A stretch of 64,000 bases of DNA from Histomonas meleagridis 2922-C6/04-290x (GCA_020184695.1 JAANOX010000080.1:295580-359579); one strand, 5' to 3'; positions 1-11,412 are shown, counted from the first letter of the stretch. Numbers and translations are program-made. Notes: a model not told the origin generated them from the letters alone.

Positions 1-833
1 ATTTCGGCATTTTGATCGTTTCCATATGTAAAGAGATATACATTTTCATATACAATTGATGCTTCTGCAACTTTTGATGTATTAATGTTTTGTATTATTA
101 TTCCATTTCGATGATTGATTTCAAAATCGGCAGAATTCAAATTCCGAATTATAACTCTGCAATCTCTAAATATCGTTCTAAATTGTGGAATGTTAATCAC
201 TGATTCATCAACAATGATTCCTGGCTTTTGATTCGTATCATTTGTGTCTTCAATGTTTTTGATTTTCAGAATTTCTTTTTCTTTTTTAACTTTAGTTTTC
301 TTAATTTTATCATTCGATTCTTTATATTTTAAGTCTGGTAATTGAAAACTTTCGTCTTCTTTTGTCTTCAAACAAAAATCATTTAAATTTGTTGACGAAA
401 AAAGATCATTAGTATCATTTGGAATTATCATTTCTTCAATTGGATGTGGAAATGATTGTTTATCTGCTGATTTTTCATTGAGCTTTATTCGATTATATTC
501 TTCATTATAAGAAGTTGTACAAAATTTTAATGGATAATTTTCTTGAATTTGGTTTTTCTCATTACTCTTTCCTGAAATTTGAATCAATTCTTCTATTTCA
601 TTAAGATATGGAAATGCCATATCTTTTAATGCATTGTCATCATGATCATAATAAATAAATATTTCTGTTTGTGGTATAAATTGAAATTCTAAATGAATTG
701 GTTCAATTTCTTCAAGATCATTTTCAAATTGATCATAAAAATTTCCCTGCTCAATCAAATCTAAATTAACATCTAAAAGTGTGTCCTTAACAGATATCAC
801 AGGGCTACCAAAGTGCATTGTATGAAAGTTCAT
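1..833 (-). CDS. Hypothetical protein, 3'-truncated by the window edge (>277 aa)
   Basis: Manual translation from ATG at 833 (MNFHTMHFGSPVISVKDTLLDV...) stays open to base 1. It is absent from the ORF track because no stop lies in the window. Head-to-head with the Sec20 gene, 91-bp gap. No family recognised. Confidence 0.7.
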   Translation of the reverse strand, partial: MNFHTMHFGSPVISVKDTLLDVNLDLIEQGNFYDQFENDLEEIEPIHLEFQFIPQTEIFIYYDHDDNALKDMAFPYLNEIEELIQISGKSNEKNQIQENYPLKFCTTSYNEEYNRIKLNEKSADKQSFPHPIEEMIIPNDTNDLFSSTNLNDFCLKTKEDESFQLPDLKYKESNDKIKKTKVKKEKEILKIKNIEDTNDTNQKPGIIVDESVINIPQFRTIFRDCRVIIRNLNSADFEINHRNGIIIQNINTSKVAEASIVYENVYLFTYGNDQNAE

Positions 834-924
834 ATAAAATTTTGTTTAAACATCAAAAAATTTGATGTCTTTGGGGTGTCCCGGAATATTTTGAATACTT
901 TACATAACCTCCTTCTTCAGTAAA

Positions 925-2100
925 ATGGAAAAATGCATTTCACATCTTTTTGAATTAGTATCAGAATATGAAAACTTAATAGTCCGGATTACACAATCGC
1001 CTAAAACAGAAGAACCAATTGATGCACTTAAAAAAGAAGCAATTCATATTGAAGGTCAAATTTCTCAAGGAATTGAAAATCTAAGACACCAAATTCATAT
1101 TGATGATCGAATTCCATCTGAAGAACGTGAAAACCAACTAAATGCAATATTAAATGAAAATGGAATTAATTTAAGTCAACTTAAAATTCGTCGACGTGCT
1201 GCAATCGACCAAGTAAATAAAGAACTTGCGGAAATGAAAGTGCAAGAAAGTATTGAAGCGCGCCAAAGACTATTAGGTGATGCAACAAAAGATGAAATTC
1301 GTCGTACAATCAATTTGAAGAACCAAAATACGCTTGCGGTTGCTACAGATGCAACTGCACGTCTCGAGCGAACGAGAAATATCATCAAAGCTCAAGTACA
1401 AGAAAGTCAGCAAAGTATTGAATTAATGAGAGAATCAACACAATTTTTAGAAGGAATCAACGACGCCACATCCAAAGTCGAATCTGCGCAGAACAAAGCA
1501 TCTCGTTCATTAGCACGACTTCGAGTCTCACAGAATTTTGACAAATATTTTTTGAAATTTTCGATTTTTGTTTTTATCTGCTCTGTGATATTCGTCGTCA
1601 TTTCGAACATTCGACACAACGTAATCGTCGACGTTTTCACTTATGGATATCGAAAGCTGAAGAGGAAAGACGACAAAACTCTCACGCCAACGCCTACGCA
1701 GCAAATGCCGTCCCTGACACCAACGCCAACGCACACGCAAACGCAAACAGAGACTCCAAAAAATGCGCCAACACAAGAGCAGACAGAGCAAACGGAAGCA
1801 CACAAAGACACAGAGCCATCATATGAACTAAAGCACGAGCAGACAGAGCAAACGGAAGCGCATAAAGACACAGAGCCATCAGATGCGGCAACGCCACTGC
1901 ATGCGACTACAGAAGTGGTAACGCAAGCAGAGCCATCAAATGAACAGATAGAAGCTGAGCCATTAGATGCGACAACACAAGAGCAGATGAAAACGCCAAC
2001 TGAAGCAGATGCAAAACTTCAGACAGAGCGTTCGAGCGAAGAAGCGGAAACAGTGGAAACAGAACCATTTGAAGCAAACGAACTCAATAAAGAACTATGA
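925..2100 (+). CDS. SEC20: Sec20/BNIP1-like ER Qb-SNARE with a long Thr/Pro/Glu-rich lumenal C-terminal extension
   Basis: Helical N-terminus, Sec20-like SNARE segment (TARLERTRNIIKAQVQESQQSIELMRESTQFLE...LARLRVSQNFDKYFL), TM segment FSIFVFICSVIFVVIS, then ~160 aa low-complexity tail ending NKEL. Confidence 0.7.
   Translation: MEKCISHLFELVSEYENLIVRITQSPKTEEPIDALKKEAIHIEGQISQGIENLRHQIHIDDRIPSEERENQLNAILNENGINLSQLKIRRRAAIDQVNKELAEMKVQESIEARQRLLGDATKDEIRRTINLKNQNTLAVATDATARLERTRNIIKAQVQESQQSIELMRESTQFLEGINDATSKVESAQNKASRSLARLRVSQNFDKYFLKFSIFVFICSVIFVVISNIRHNVIVDVFTYGYRKLKRKDDKTLTPTPTQQMPSLTPTPTHTQTQTETPKNAPTQEQTEQTEAHKDTEPSYELKHEQTEQTEAHKDTEPSDAATPLHATTEVVTQAEPSNEQIEAEPLDATTQEQMKTPTEADAKLQTERSSEEAETVETEPFEANELNKEL
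1777..1881 (+). repeat. Two-copy 60-bp-period repeat inside the Sec20 tail (EQTEQTEAHKDTEPS x2)
   Basis: gagcagacagagcaaacggaagc...aaagacacagagccatca at 1777 and 1837. Confidence 0.9.
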
Positions 2101-2263
2101 TCTATTAAATGTATTTCATCTAAATTGTGTGCGTGAATCCAAATTTTTGTACTTTTCGTTGGAGCTGTGAATTACACATTTTAAGATTAAGAAAGGTTTT
2201 AACCAACGATAGAATTAAATGAATGAAAAATCATCGTGATGATATTCAAATCTTGTGGGCAAA

Positions 2264-2291
2264 GTACGTTTAAAATATTTTGACCATATAG
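2264..2291 (+). other. Candidate 28-nt spliceosomal micro-intron
   Basis: GTACGTTTAAAATATTTTGACCATATAG: GTAYGT donor, TTGAC branch-like motif, TAG acceptor. Removal joins ATG 2239 (MIFKSCGQK) in frame to APC10. Confidence 0.45.
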
Positions 2292-2293
2292 AA

Positions 2294-2785
2294 ATGCAGG
2301 ATAACACTTTAAGAGAAATCCATAAGTCAGCAATATGGACAGTGTCTACCACAAAGAGTGGGTATAACATATCAGCAATGTTTGATAATAAAACAGATAC
2401 TTTTTGGCAATCTGATGCTACTCCTCCTCATTGGATATGTGCACAATTTTCAAAAAGGACATATATATCGAAGCTTTCATTATATCTTTCAATTCAACAA
2501 GATGAAACATATACACCAACTGAAATAGTCATTAATACTGGAAATGACCCAATAAATCTAACTGAACTTAAAACAGTCAAACCAACCCAACTTAGAGGAT
2601 GGGTAGATATTGACATTAATGTTTCAGCAATATTCTTCCAGATATCTCTGACAAAGAATCATCAAGGAGGTCGTGACTCAAGAATAAGACTAATTAAACT
2701 CTATGGAGCACCGTTTTCTCCTTGTATTGATCCAAATGTATACTTTAAATCTCCTGAAATATCAAAATATTTATCAATACGGTAA
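2294..2785 (+). CDS. APC10: Anaphase-promoting complex subunit 10 (DOC1 domain)
   Basis: LREIHKSAIWTVSTTKSG...DNKTDTFWQSDATPPHW...DETYTP...NHQGGRDSRIRLIKLYG matches the APC10 pattern. First in-frame ATG is 2294 (track start 2255 is GTG); a possible spliced start is at 2239. Confidence 0.92.
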   Translation: MQDNTLREIHKSAIWTVSTTKSGYNISAMFDNKTDTFWQSDATPPHWICAQFSKRTYISKLSLYLSIQQDETYTPTEIVINTGNDPINLTELKTVKPTQLRGWVDIDINVSAIFFQISLTKNHQGGRDSRIRLIKLYGAPFSPCIDPNVYFKSPEISKYLSIR

Positions 2786-3015
2786 TATATTATTTAATAA
2801 ATTTTTCTTGTTTTCATCACAAAATAATTTTTTTAAGCTTAAACGCTAGTGTTACAACTTGTTATTTCCATCTGAAATTAATAAATTTCAAATTTCATTT
2901 TAATAAATTGATGAACCTATTTAAGGAAAGAAAAATAACATTAAGTTTGTATAACAAATATGAAGAAATAGTTATTCATTAAAAGAAATTTTAAAATTTA
3001 TTTGGCCAATTATAA

Positions 3016-3441
3016 ATGCCACTTTTTATTATTAAAATGAACATATTTTGGGTGTTAGCTCTTGCCATTACTTTATTATGTCTATCACTTCTAATCCTTA
3101 TCTTCATATCATTCCTTGTTCCACGTATAGGCATTAACATAGCCAACAAAATTGCTCAGATCGTTTATAGATTTAAGATTCAAATTATGGTGACTTCTTG
3201 TGTTTTCATTCTTCTTTTTGCACAAGAATTATCTGTATGTAGGATGACAAGTAAGAAACGTAATAATGATCATTCACAAGGCGATGTTTTCTTTTTCGAA
3301 GCAAGTCAACTATTCAAAGCGCAAAGAAACCTTTACATTGTTGTTTTTGGCATCACAGTACAGTTTGGTCTTCTCATTGTTTCATGGCAAATAAATTCAT
3401 GGGTCAAACGTAACAATGGTCTCAGAGAAAAGAAAAATTAA
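3016..3441 (+). CDS. BAP29/BAP31 (Yet)-like ER membrane protein
   Basis: Three hydrophobic segments and the family signature LFKAQRNLYIV; basic C-terminus REKKN. True start may be ATG 3037. Confidence 0.7.
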   Translation: MPLFIIKMNIFWVLALAITLLCLSLLILIFISFLVPRIGINIANKIAQIVYRFKIQIMVTSCVFILLFAQELSVCRMTSKKRNNDHSQGDVFFFEASQLFKAQRNLYIVVFGITVQFGLLIVSWQINSWVKRNNGLREKKN

Positions 3442-3549
3442 TAAAAATTTTTGTTTTGAACGTTAAATAACCGTAAATTTTGATCGTTGTGCATCAAAAC
3501 TTCGAAATGAAGCAACAATAGTTACTGTTTATTCGAGTTGTTTAATTTT

Positions 3550-4470
3550 TCACATGAAGTACTCGACTCTAGTCTTGTTTGGAATAGGCCCTCTTGCATC
3601 TGGTGGAGCTGCTTCAAACATCTTCCATTTGGTTGAACAATCAGGACTAACTTCAAGGATTGAAGCAGGATTACCACCTCTATAACAATAGTTAGGTGCT
3701 GACCAAACAGTGAATAATTTTCGATTAAACCATTCGACATATCCTTCTTCAGCAAGTTGATGAGCTCTTAAAATCAAATCTAACTTATTGTTACGATTAA
3801 ATTGACGAACAGCATTATCACCAAATAAGTAACCAGCTCCACGAGGACTGATTGTAAAACTTGGAACATTATCAGGATCAGACCATAAAAGATCACAAAT
3901 TGGACCTCTTTCAGGTATTTCCTTCTTACGATCCAACCTTTGGATTTGGTCAACTGATGTTAATAAAGGAGATAAGCCACCATGGACGCAAAAGATCTTG
4001 CCACCGATTACTGCGCATAAAGGTAAGAGATCGAATACCTTGTTAAACAAATCCCATACGGTTGAATCATTGTACTTTCGAATAACTTCATCATAAAATC
4101 CATATGCTTGAGTTGTTTGACGTGACTCATGGTTACCTCTTAGAAGGGTTATACGGTTTGGATATCTTACCTTGAGCGAAAGCAACAAAAGGAAAGTTTC
4201 AACGCTGTAATAACCACGATCGACATAATCTCCCAAAAATAGATAGTTAGTATCTGGACATTGACCACCAATTGCGAATAGTTCCAAGAGGTCAAAGAAT
4301 TGTCCATGGGTATCACCGCAAACTGTTAAAGGTGGGGAAACACTAACAACATTTGGAAGCTTTGAAAGTACTTCTATTGCCTTTTCACAAAGCTGCCTTA
4401 CCTGTGTGACAGTGGGATATTTAGCTTGGCGTAATAATGAGATGATTGAATCAAGCTCCAAAACGTCCAT
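3550..4470 (-). CDS. PP2A/PP4/PP6-family Ser/Thr phosphatase catalytic subunit
   Basis: GDTHG, GDYVDRG, RGNHE and SAPNYCYR motifs; C-terminus VEYFM. First ATG at 4470 (track start 4530 is GTG). Confidence 0.95.
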   Translation of the reverse strand: MDVLELDSIISLLRQAKYPTVTQVRQLCEKAIEVLSKLPNVVSVSPPLTVCGDTHGQFFDLLELFAIGGQCPDTNYLFLGDYVDRGYYSVETFLLLLSLKVRYPNRITLLRGNHESRQTTQAYGFYDEVIRKYNDSTVWDLFNKVFDLLPLCAVIGGKIFCVHGGLSPLLTSVDQIQRLDRKKEIPERGPICDLLWSDPDNVPSFTISPRGAGYLFGDNAVRQFNRNNKLDLILRAHQLAEEGYVEWFNRKLFTVWSAPNYCYRGGNPASILEVSPDCSTKWKMFEAAPPDARGPIPNKTRVEYFM

Positions 4471-4535
4471 TTGGAATAATTGTGATAATTTAATTGAATT
4501 AATAACTGGCTTATTTGAGTCACTTTTCACTTTTA

Positions 4536-4543
4536 TAACCGCC
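4536..4543 (-). promoter_or_regulatory. M3-like core promoter element (GGCGGTTA)
   Basis: Fits the trichomonad M3 consensus DRCSGTTD, ~65 nt upstream of the phosphatase ATG. Confidence 0.4.
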
Positions 4544-5196
4544 GGTTTTGTATTTTTTAAACAATTTTTCGAATAAAAGTGACATATAAATATTCTGTGT
4601 AAACTTATGAATAAATATTTGACCTGTAATTATAATTATAAACTGGATTTCGGTGAATATCAATTTTTTTAAAAGAAAAATATATCACACATTTCGACTT
4701 TATGAATGCAATAGAATGGCTTTAATAAATTGTAAAGCAATAGAAAAAGGAAAATAATTGAAATTGAATTGTTCATTCTTTATAAGATAAGATAACTTAT
4801 TATTAATATATCCTTAAATTATTCTGATGAGATCTTTGTTATCGAAGTATGTATGCGGTTAATGTATTAACAAAATTCATTAATAAGATGTATTTGATCA
4901 TAATGATAACAAATAACAAAAAAATGTATCAATATATTATTTTTCGAATGTATAATGATTCATTATCCCAAATAATTTTATTGCAAGTTTATCAATACAT
5001 GTAAAAAAACTATACACAATACCGAATCCATTTTCAAAATAATATATCATGCATTGATTAGTTTCTGTTCGATAATACAAAAAAATTTTAGAAAAGTCCA
5101 TCATGAATTAAGTATAAATTTAAAAAAATTCATTTGAAATCACAAAAATTCGAAATATAACAAAATATTTTATTCAACAATTTATGATGTTGTATC

Positions 5197-6790
5197 TTAA
5201 ATCCATTGATCATTTTCTTGTTGAAGAATATCTTTCATCTGCTTTATGTCATATGTTTCTTCTTCTTTTTGTTCAATTCCACCTGTTTTATATATTTTAT
5301 CACAGCTTTCATAACTTTTATTTTTGTTTCGAACAAGAAAAACAATAATAAGCACAAAAATAACACTACAACAAATAATTCCAATCAATGCAGTACTATT
5401 AAGGCATTCATTTCGTTATTATCATCAGCTTGAAAATAAATAATAATTGATGAATCGTATGAAATATGTGTTGAATATATAACATTGATATATTCATATT
5501 GTATAAAGTCTGTGAAATTTTTATCGGTTTGTGAAAGAATGACTGTTTGCGAAAGATATTTACTCATTGAAATTGTTTCTGTGAACATTAATGAATATGT
5601 TAATATGTTTGAATAAGTATAATTCTTATTTGAATTATTTGGTCTATTTCTGTTTGTGCATGTGAATATGTTTGTGTTTCTATTTCTGAATGTGAAAGTG
5701 TTAGTGATAGAATGTATGATTCTGATAATGTTGGTGAAATTATTACTGTTAATGTTAATGATGAAACAATTGTATTCGTTCCAATTAATGTTTGCGATGC
5801 TAATTCAGTGAATGATTGCTTAAATGTTTGGGTTGATATTTCAGAATTTGATTTTGTTAATATTTGTGTTAGTGACTTTATTGAAGTTGGGATATATATC
5901 ATTTATGAAGTTAATAATTTTATATTTGTTGATGTATGTGATGAATTGTTTTGACTATTAATGTGATTGTATATTTAGGTACTCTTGAAGATGTATCAGT
6001 TATCACACGTGTATACGTTTGAGATGTATGATATGTAAATGTCATTTCCATTTTGTTATTTTTCACAAGTGTAAGTGTATATGTAAATATCGATGTATAT
6101 GTGATTGAGAGATATATGATGAGATTACTGTATTTTTATATGTTAAAGAATTCGTATGTGTCTTTGTCGCAACATATGTTTCTATGGATGTCTGTGTCAT
6201 TGTGTTAACTGATGTATATGATATCGTTGATGTTTGCGTGTCGACACGTATGAATCTGTATATGCATTTGTTAAATAATATGAAATTGTCATTGAAGCCG
6301 ATGATGTAATTGACTTTGTATTAATGAATGTTAAAGTTGTTGTGCTATAATATGTTAATGTATTTGAATCAATTCTAATGATTTTCTTAATATCAATGTA
6401 ACTTTGAATATTGGAAATCGATGATGTAAATGAAGATGTTGCTACAATTTGTTTATCTTGTATTACATGTAAAAAGTGTTGGCGAATATTTGAACGGATT
6501 TGATTTTGAATTAAATTTTAAATTATTTCTCAAATCACAATTTAATCTACTTCAATTACTAAAACAATAATCTCCACATATAACAAAATTAGATTTAATA
6601 ATAACATTATGTAAACATTAACATGATGAAAACGAATATTTGCCAATAGATTCAATGTTTTCATCGATTATGACGTTGATTAAATTCGAACAAAAAGAAA
6701 ATGCATAATCCCCAATTGAAACAACATTTGAAACATTTACTTCGATGAGTGAATTCCAGTATGTAAATTCATTATTTTCATTTAATGAAG
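5197..6790 (-). pseudogene. Decayed BspA-like LRR surface protein (LRR remnants, Ser/Thr stalk, TM, short tail)
   Basis: Minus-strand fragments read EFTYWNSLIEVNVSNVVSIGDYAFSFCSNLINVIIDENIESIG, then frameshifts and stops, a Thr/Ser-rich stalk (ORF 5600-5902) and a TM segment IGIICCSVIFVLIIVFLV (ORF 5197-5388). Same architecture as the intact gene at 38245-40542. Confidence 0.7.
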
Positions 6791-6912
6791 AAACATTTCT
6801 GAATTCAATAATAAGTAACGATATATATATTAAATTAAAAACATTTCATATTATTTTAGTTTTTATTTATTCAATAACACCATATTCAAAATTTGTTCTT
6901 TATTAACATCAA

Positions 6913-9279
6913 TTAATTATTATTCGAAGGAGTCAATATTTCATTAATTTTATCTAACGACACATTAAATACTTCGTTTCCCTTTTTCACCCTCACTTCG
7001 CAGCTTAAGTCATTTCTATTTCTTTTAACCGAAGCCTCAATTCCGTACATTTGCGCTAAATACTTAAAGAGCAATGCTCTATGTCTTATTGCGCCGACCT
7101 TTAGCTGTCCGATCATTATAACATCGGAATGCGTCTGATATTTACATCTCGAGACTTCTGATTCGTACGCGATTCTTCCGTTTTCGAATGGTCCTCCCAT
7201 TCGATTCACCACGAACTTCGCAATCGACTCAGCAATTAATGGCCATTCGGGGACAACTTTAACTATTTGTGGTTCGATTTGTTGTTCGACTTTTTTTGCC
7301 CCTTTTTTCTTCGTTTGATTTTGTTCAACTGGCTCATTTTTCACTGTGAAACTTTCTTCCAACAAATTAATTGCTTCGTTAAGTCCGTTGTCTTTGTTCT
7401 TGTCAATTAATATTGCTTCCATCCTTAAATGGATTACATCTTTCAATAAGTCGTCAAGCGATTTATATGTTTCACATCGTGGATCAATCGAATAAAAGCC
7501 ATCGCTTATGATATCGTTGAAATCAAGGAAATCCTTAATCCAATACTTAGCAATCAAATTCGACTTACAGATCGTTTCAAGTGCATTAGTTGCAAATGTG
7601 GACAAATTTAAGTTAATCATCGCCGTTGATGACGCAAATCGTTTAAGCTTCTCTAATAGTCCATAACTACAAAATTGAGTCGAAACACTTGTCATCATTG
7701 ATAATGTGTTAATCGCATGTAATGAATTCCGTCGTATCGCAACTTTTTTGTTCGAAATTAATTGTATTAATATTTGGATAAAGTTTACATGATTAGACAC
7801 ATATGTTTTGGTTAAATCATTAACTGCTAATGTCGCAATTAGAATTAACGTGGTATTAATAATATCGGGATATTCACTTGTTAATAGAATTTCAAAGTCC
7901 CCTAAACTATTTTCGATTAACATTTGTTGAAGTTTTGAATCACCGATCATTCGAGAAAATATCGGTAGAACGATCATTTGGAATTCAATTCTCCATCCTT
8001 TATCGTCATTATCGTCGTTGTCAAATGTGACGGTTTCCTTCAAGATATTAATCAAATGTTCAATTGCACCAAACTCATGTAATTTAGCTCTAATTGATCT
8101 GTTATCACAAATGTATTCTATGACATGCATAATAGATCTTCTTATTGACCTATTATTATTAATTATAGTTCCATCATTCGATGTGAAAGTTTTACCAAGT
8201 AATTGACAAATTCTATTCAATTGTTCTGGCTCAAGAATTGTCGAATGCGTTGAAGTATCAGCGCTAAGTTCTCTAATTATTTCGGCGGTAATTATTTTTA
8301 TTTGAGGATCAGTTTGCGTTGAATAAACCCTATCAAGTAATAAAGGAACTTGTTGCGACAAATTTTTGGAAACAATTGGAAGTGAACAATTGTTTTTGAA
8401 TATCGTAAGTAAATATGGCATTATAGGATCTGTTTCTTCGATATCATTTAAAGTGTCTATAAACCTTTGAAGTAGTTCGTCATCAAAATGATATTTAAAT
8501 AATTTGAAATTAGAAATCTGTGAAATAATCATATAGGAATATGTTTGAATAGTTTTGTCAGAATCATCAAGATATGGTAACACATTGTTCCACCCAAGTT
8601 TCTCTTCAAATAGAATCGAGCATTCGGAGTCAGATAATAAATTACCAATTGCGCGGAGAACGTTTATGAGAACTTCTTCATCAATGTCTTCGTTCTTAAG
8701 GAACTCTATGAGGGATTCAAAGAGACCACTAGTGTAGATGGCACGCTTATTCTCAAAATCATCACTCATTTGAAATAAAGCTAATGAAACTTGTGATTGA
8801 ATTGTGGAATCATCATTTGAAAGTGCTTCTTTAAATACTTCTAAAGCACCATTGGATATAATTTCTCGTGATGTAACAGAATCTGCAGATAATGAAACAA
8901 GAGCATCAAAACATCGTTCAGATAGTGAAGGTGTATCAAATGATTTAGCATATTTGACAATGTGTGGAATAGCACCGGATTTAGAAAGCAAGTTAAAGCC
9001 CCACTTTGAGGTGCATGAATTTTTGGCAAGTGCTGCAAAATACCATGAAATTACAATTTGTACTTGATCATTTTGAAAAGTACTTGCGAGTTCTACAAGT
9101 CGGTCAATGATTTGTGTCACAATAGATTCGTCTTCAATTTGTTCTCGAAGTGCTGAAATTGTTGGCATCAAAACGCCAGCTTCATTAGATTTCATTAAAA
9201 TTAGGAGGGTTTCGTAGCTTGAAACTGTGATATCAACAGGAAGCTGAACTTCCTCGAAATCTTCAGCAACGGAATCCAT
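6913..9279 (-). CDS. ARMC3: Armadillo-repeat protein with C-terminal EDR1-like domain (ARMC3-like)
   Basis: ARM-like helical repeats; C-terminal AKFVVNRMGG...VIMIGQLKVGAIRHRALLFKYLA matches the EDR1/CTR1-type peptidase-like domain seen in ARMC3. Confidence 0.75.
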   Translation of the reverse strand: MDSVAEDFEEVQLPVDITVSSYETLLILMKSNEAGVLMPTISALREQIEDESIVTQIIDRLVELASTFQNDQVQIVISWYFAALAKNSCTSKWGFNLLSKSGAIPHIVKYAKSFDTPSLSERCFDALVSLSADSVTSREIISNGALEVFKEALSNDDSTIQSQVSLALFQMSDDFENKRAIYTSGLFESLIEFLKNEDIDEEVLINVLRAIGNLLSDSECSILFEEKLGWNNVLPYLDDSDKTIQTYSYMIISQISNFKLFKYHFDDELLQRFIDTLNDIEETDPIMPYLLTIFKNNCSLPIVSKNLSQQVPLLLDRVYSTQTDPQIKIITAEIIRELSADTSTHSTILEPEQLNRICQLLGKTFTSNDGTIINNNRSIRRSIMHVIEYICDNRSIRAKLHEFGAIEHLINILKETVTFDNDDNDDKGWRIEFQMIVLPIFSRMIGDSKLQQMLIENSLGDFEILLTSEYPDIINTTLILIATLAVNDLTKTYVSNHVNFIQILIQLISNKKVAIRRNSLHAINTLSMMTSVSTQFCSYGLLEKLKRFASSTAMINLNLSTFATNALETICKSNLIAKYWIKDFLDFNDIISDGFYSIDPRCETYKSLDDLLKDVIHLRMEAILIDKNKDNGLNEAINLLEESFTVKNEPVEQNQTKKKGAKKVEQQIEPQIVKVVPEWPLIAESIAKFVVNRMGGPFENGRIAYESEVSRCKYQTHSDVIMIGQLKVGAIRHRALLFKYLAQMYGIEASVKRNRNDLSCEVRVKKGNEVFNVSLDKINEILTPSNNN

Positions 9280-11412
9280 CCTATTTATTACTTAAAATAC
9301 GTTATATCATATAAACGTTCTTCTATTGCAAAAGAAGAAGAAATTTCTTACAAAAAACAACTTATTATTAATCTTTGATTAAAAATATCGGAAACTTCAA
9401 ATAAAACTCTAGAAAATACAATTATTGTGAATAATATTGAAGAATCAATTACAAAAATTCCAAATGATTTCAAAATTGAGTTGGGAAAAATTGGATAATT
9501 CACTTATACAAATGAAATACCTAAAACCAATATCAATAATGAAATGGAAACTTCAAATAATAACAAAGTTAAAGAATTTGATTTTAAGGTCATTTAATAC
9601 AAAAATTGTATTAACAATTCGAAAACGACAATAAAAATGAACTCTATGAAAATGATTCTAATGATGAATGTATGTTCAATATTGAACAATGTTGTTCATG
9701 TAAAACGATTTCTAAAGAAAATGATATCCTTTGTTGTCCACTTTATATGTATTCATCGATATTACCATTAAAATATGAGTTTGGAACAATAAATTATATA
9801 AAGTTTTTCACATTTTGTACACATTTCATACATCAAATTGTGGTGATAATACTAAATCCCCTATTGATTGATATTTTCGTAATATATATTTCCCAAAACT
9901 TGAGAATAGAAATGATTTATATAATGATCAAGATATGAGTTTGAAATTTCTCATTAGCTTTAAAACTTATTTATCTTTAAAATATTGAGAATTTTAATGT
10001 ATTAACATATATGATTTTTCAAAGTTTTATTTTAGATTTAATGTAATGATTCGCTCCATCCTTATTTATTCAGTGTGCCGCCTGTGTATTTTGATGAGTT
10101 AGGGAATATACAAATTGATTTTGGATTAAATGGATTCGAAATATTATTGTTTGATGAAAGATTAGATAAATTGGCTAACGATTTTATGTCAGGCGAAATC
10201 ATGAAATATGCTGTTTTTGAAGATGAGTACACAAAAACTTTTATATGTAATTGTATTGATCTCTGGTTTAAATATGTACTTCTGCATTATGTACAGATGA
10301 CGAAATATAAAGCATAATGACAAATTTTCAAAGATTTGTTTTGGAACATTATTTTTTCGATTATCATTTTGATCAGATTTAAAACACTATTTCTCCATTA
10401 ACTATTTTATAATATAAAAATAAATTTGGTGCAAAACACATTTTCAATTTTGTGAATCATGAAGAAACTGTAAGCAAAAAAAAAAATTAATTCCTATATC
10501 ATTATCCAATTTTTTTTCAAAATGTATTTTTTAATGTATTTCTATTATAACAATAAATTAATATCATAAAACATGATAATTATGAATGTATGCGAAAATA
10601 AATAAAATCATTAAATTATTAGTTATTTTAATCTCTTGTGTATCAAGATAAATTTTAAATTATAAATATATTTTCTTTAATTTTTATTGAATATAAGGAT
10701 CAATTCTTGATACATTGATACATAAAATAATGAAAAGGATTTTTTTTTTCAAATTGATAAAAATATTGAATTCAGAGATAAATTTCCAGCAAACAAATTA
10801 AACGTATTTTAAACCATTTGCTATAGGTAACACCTTGTTCTCATTCAACTTAATACCAATTTGAATTTAGCTAAAATGGAATACATACAGATAACTCATA
10901 GAAATCTTTTACAATTGTAGTAATAGGATGCATTTAATTTGATTTGAAATAATTTTTAAAATCATTTAAATTATTTGTGCATTCAAAAAAAATATTCCAT
11001 ATAAATTAATTATCATATACATTCAATTTAAACAATATAATTATCATGAAATTTATGATAATGCACCTTGCTTTTTCTATTTGAAAATAATAATTATTTT
11101 TTTATTAAATCAATATTTACATATTTCCAATAATATTTGGAATTTAATACAAAACGGTTCCACAATAAGCTATGTTCTCAAAAAAGAAAAATGATATATC
11201 TAAATATATTTGAATCATCAAATGATTTTTATATCTAATACTAAAACTTGTTGTGGGATTTGAGGTTTAAATTATTCTTTAAAGGAAACTCAGGAACATG
11301 TTTGTTATCATTAAAAAAAATTTGGATGTGTATTTTTTTGATCGTTTCTGTGAAATCTATTTTTTGACCAAGTCTGTCTAATTAAAAAACGTCTTCCAGG
11401 ACACAGTATTGG

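Noticed and set aside
9437-10317. Short ORFs 9437-9634, 9672-9938 and 10075-10317 as genes
   Set aside because: No recognisable domain; probably fragments of a decayed gene or chance ORFs in AT-rich DNA.
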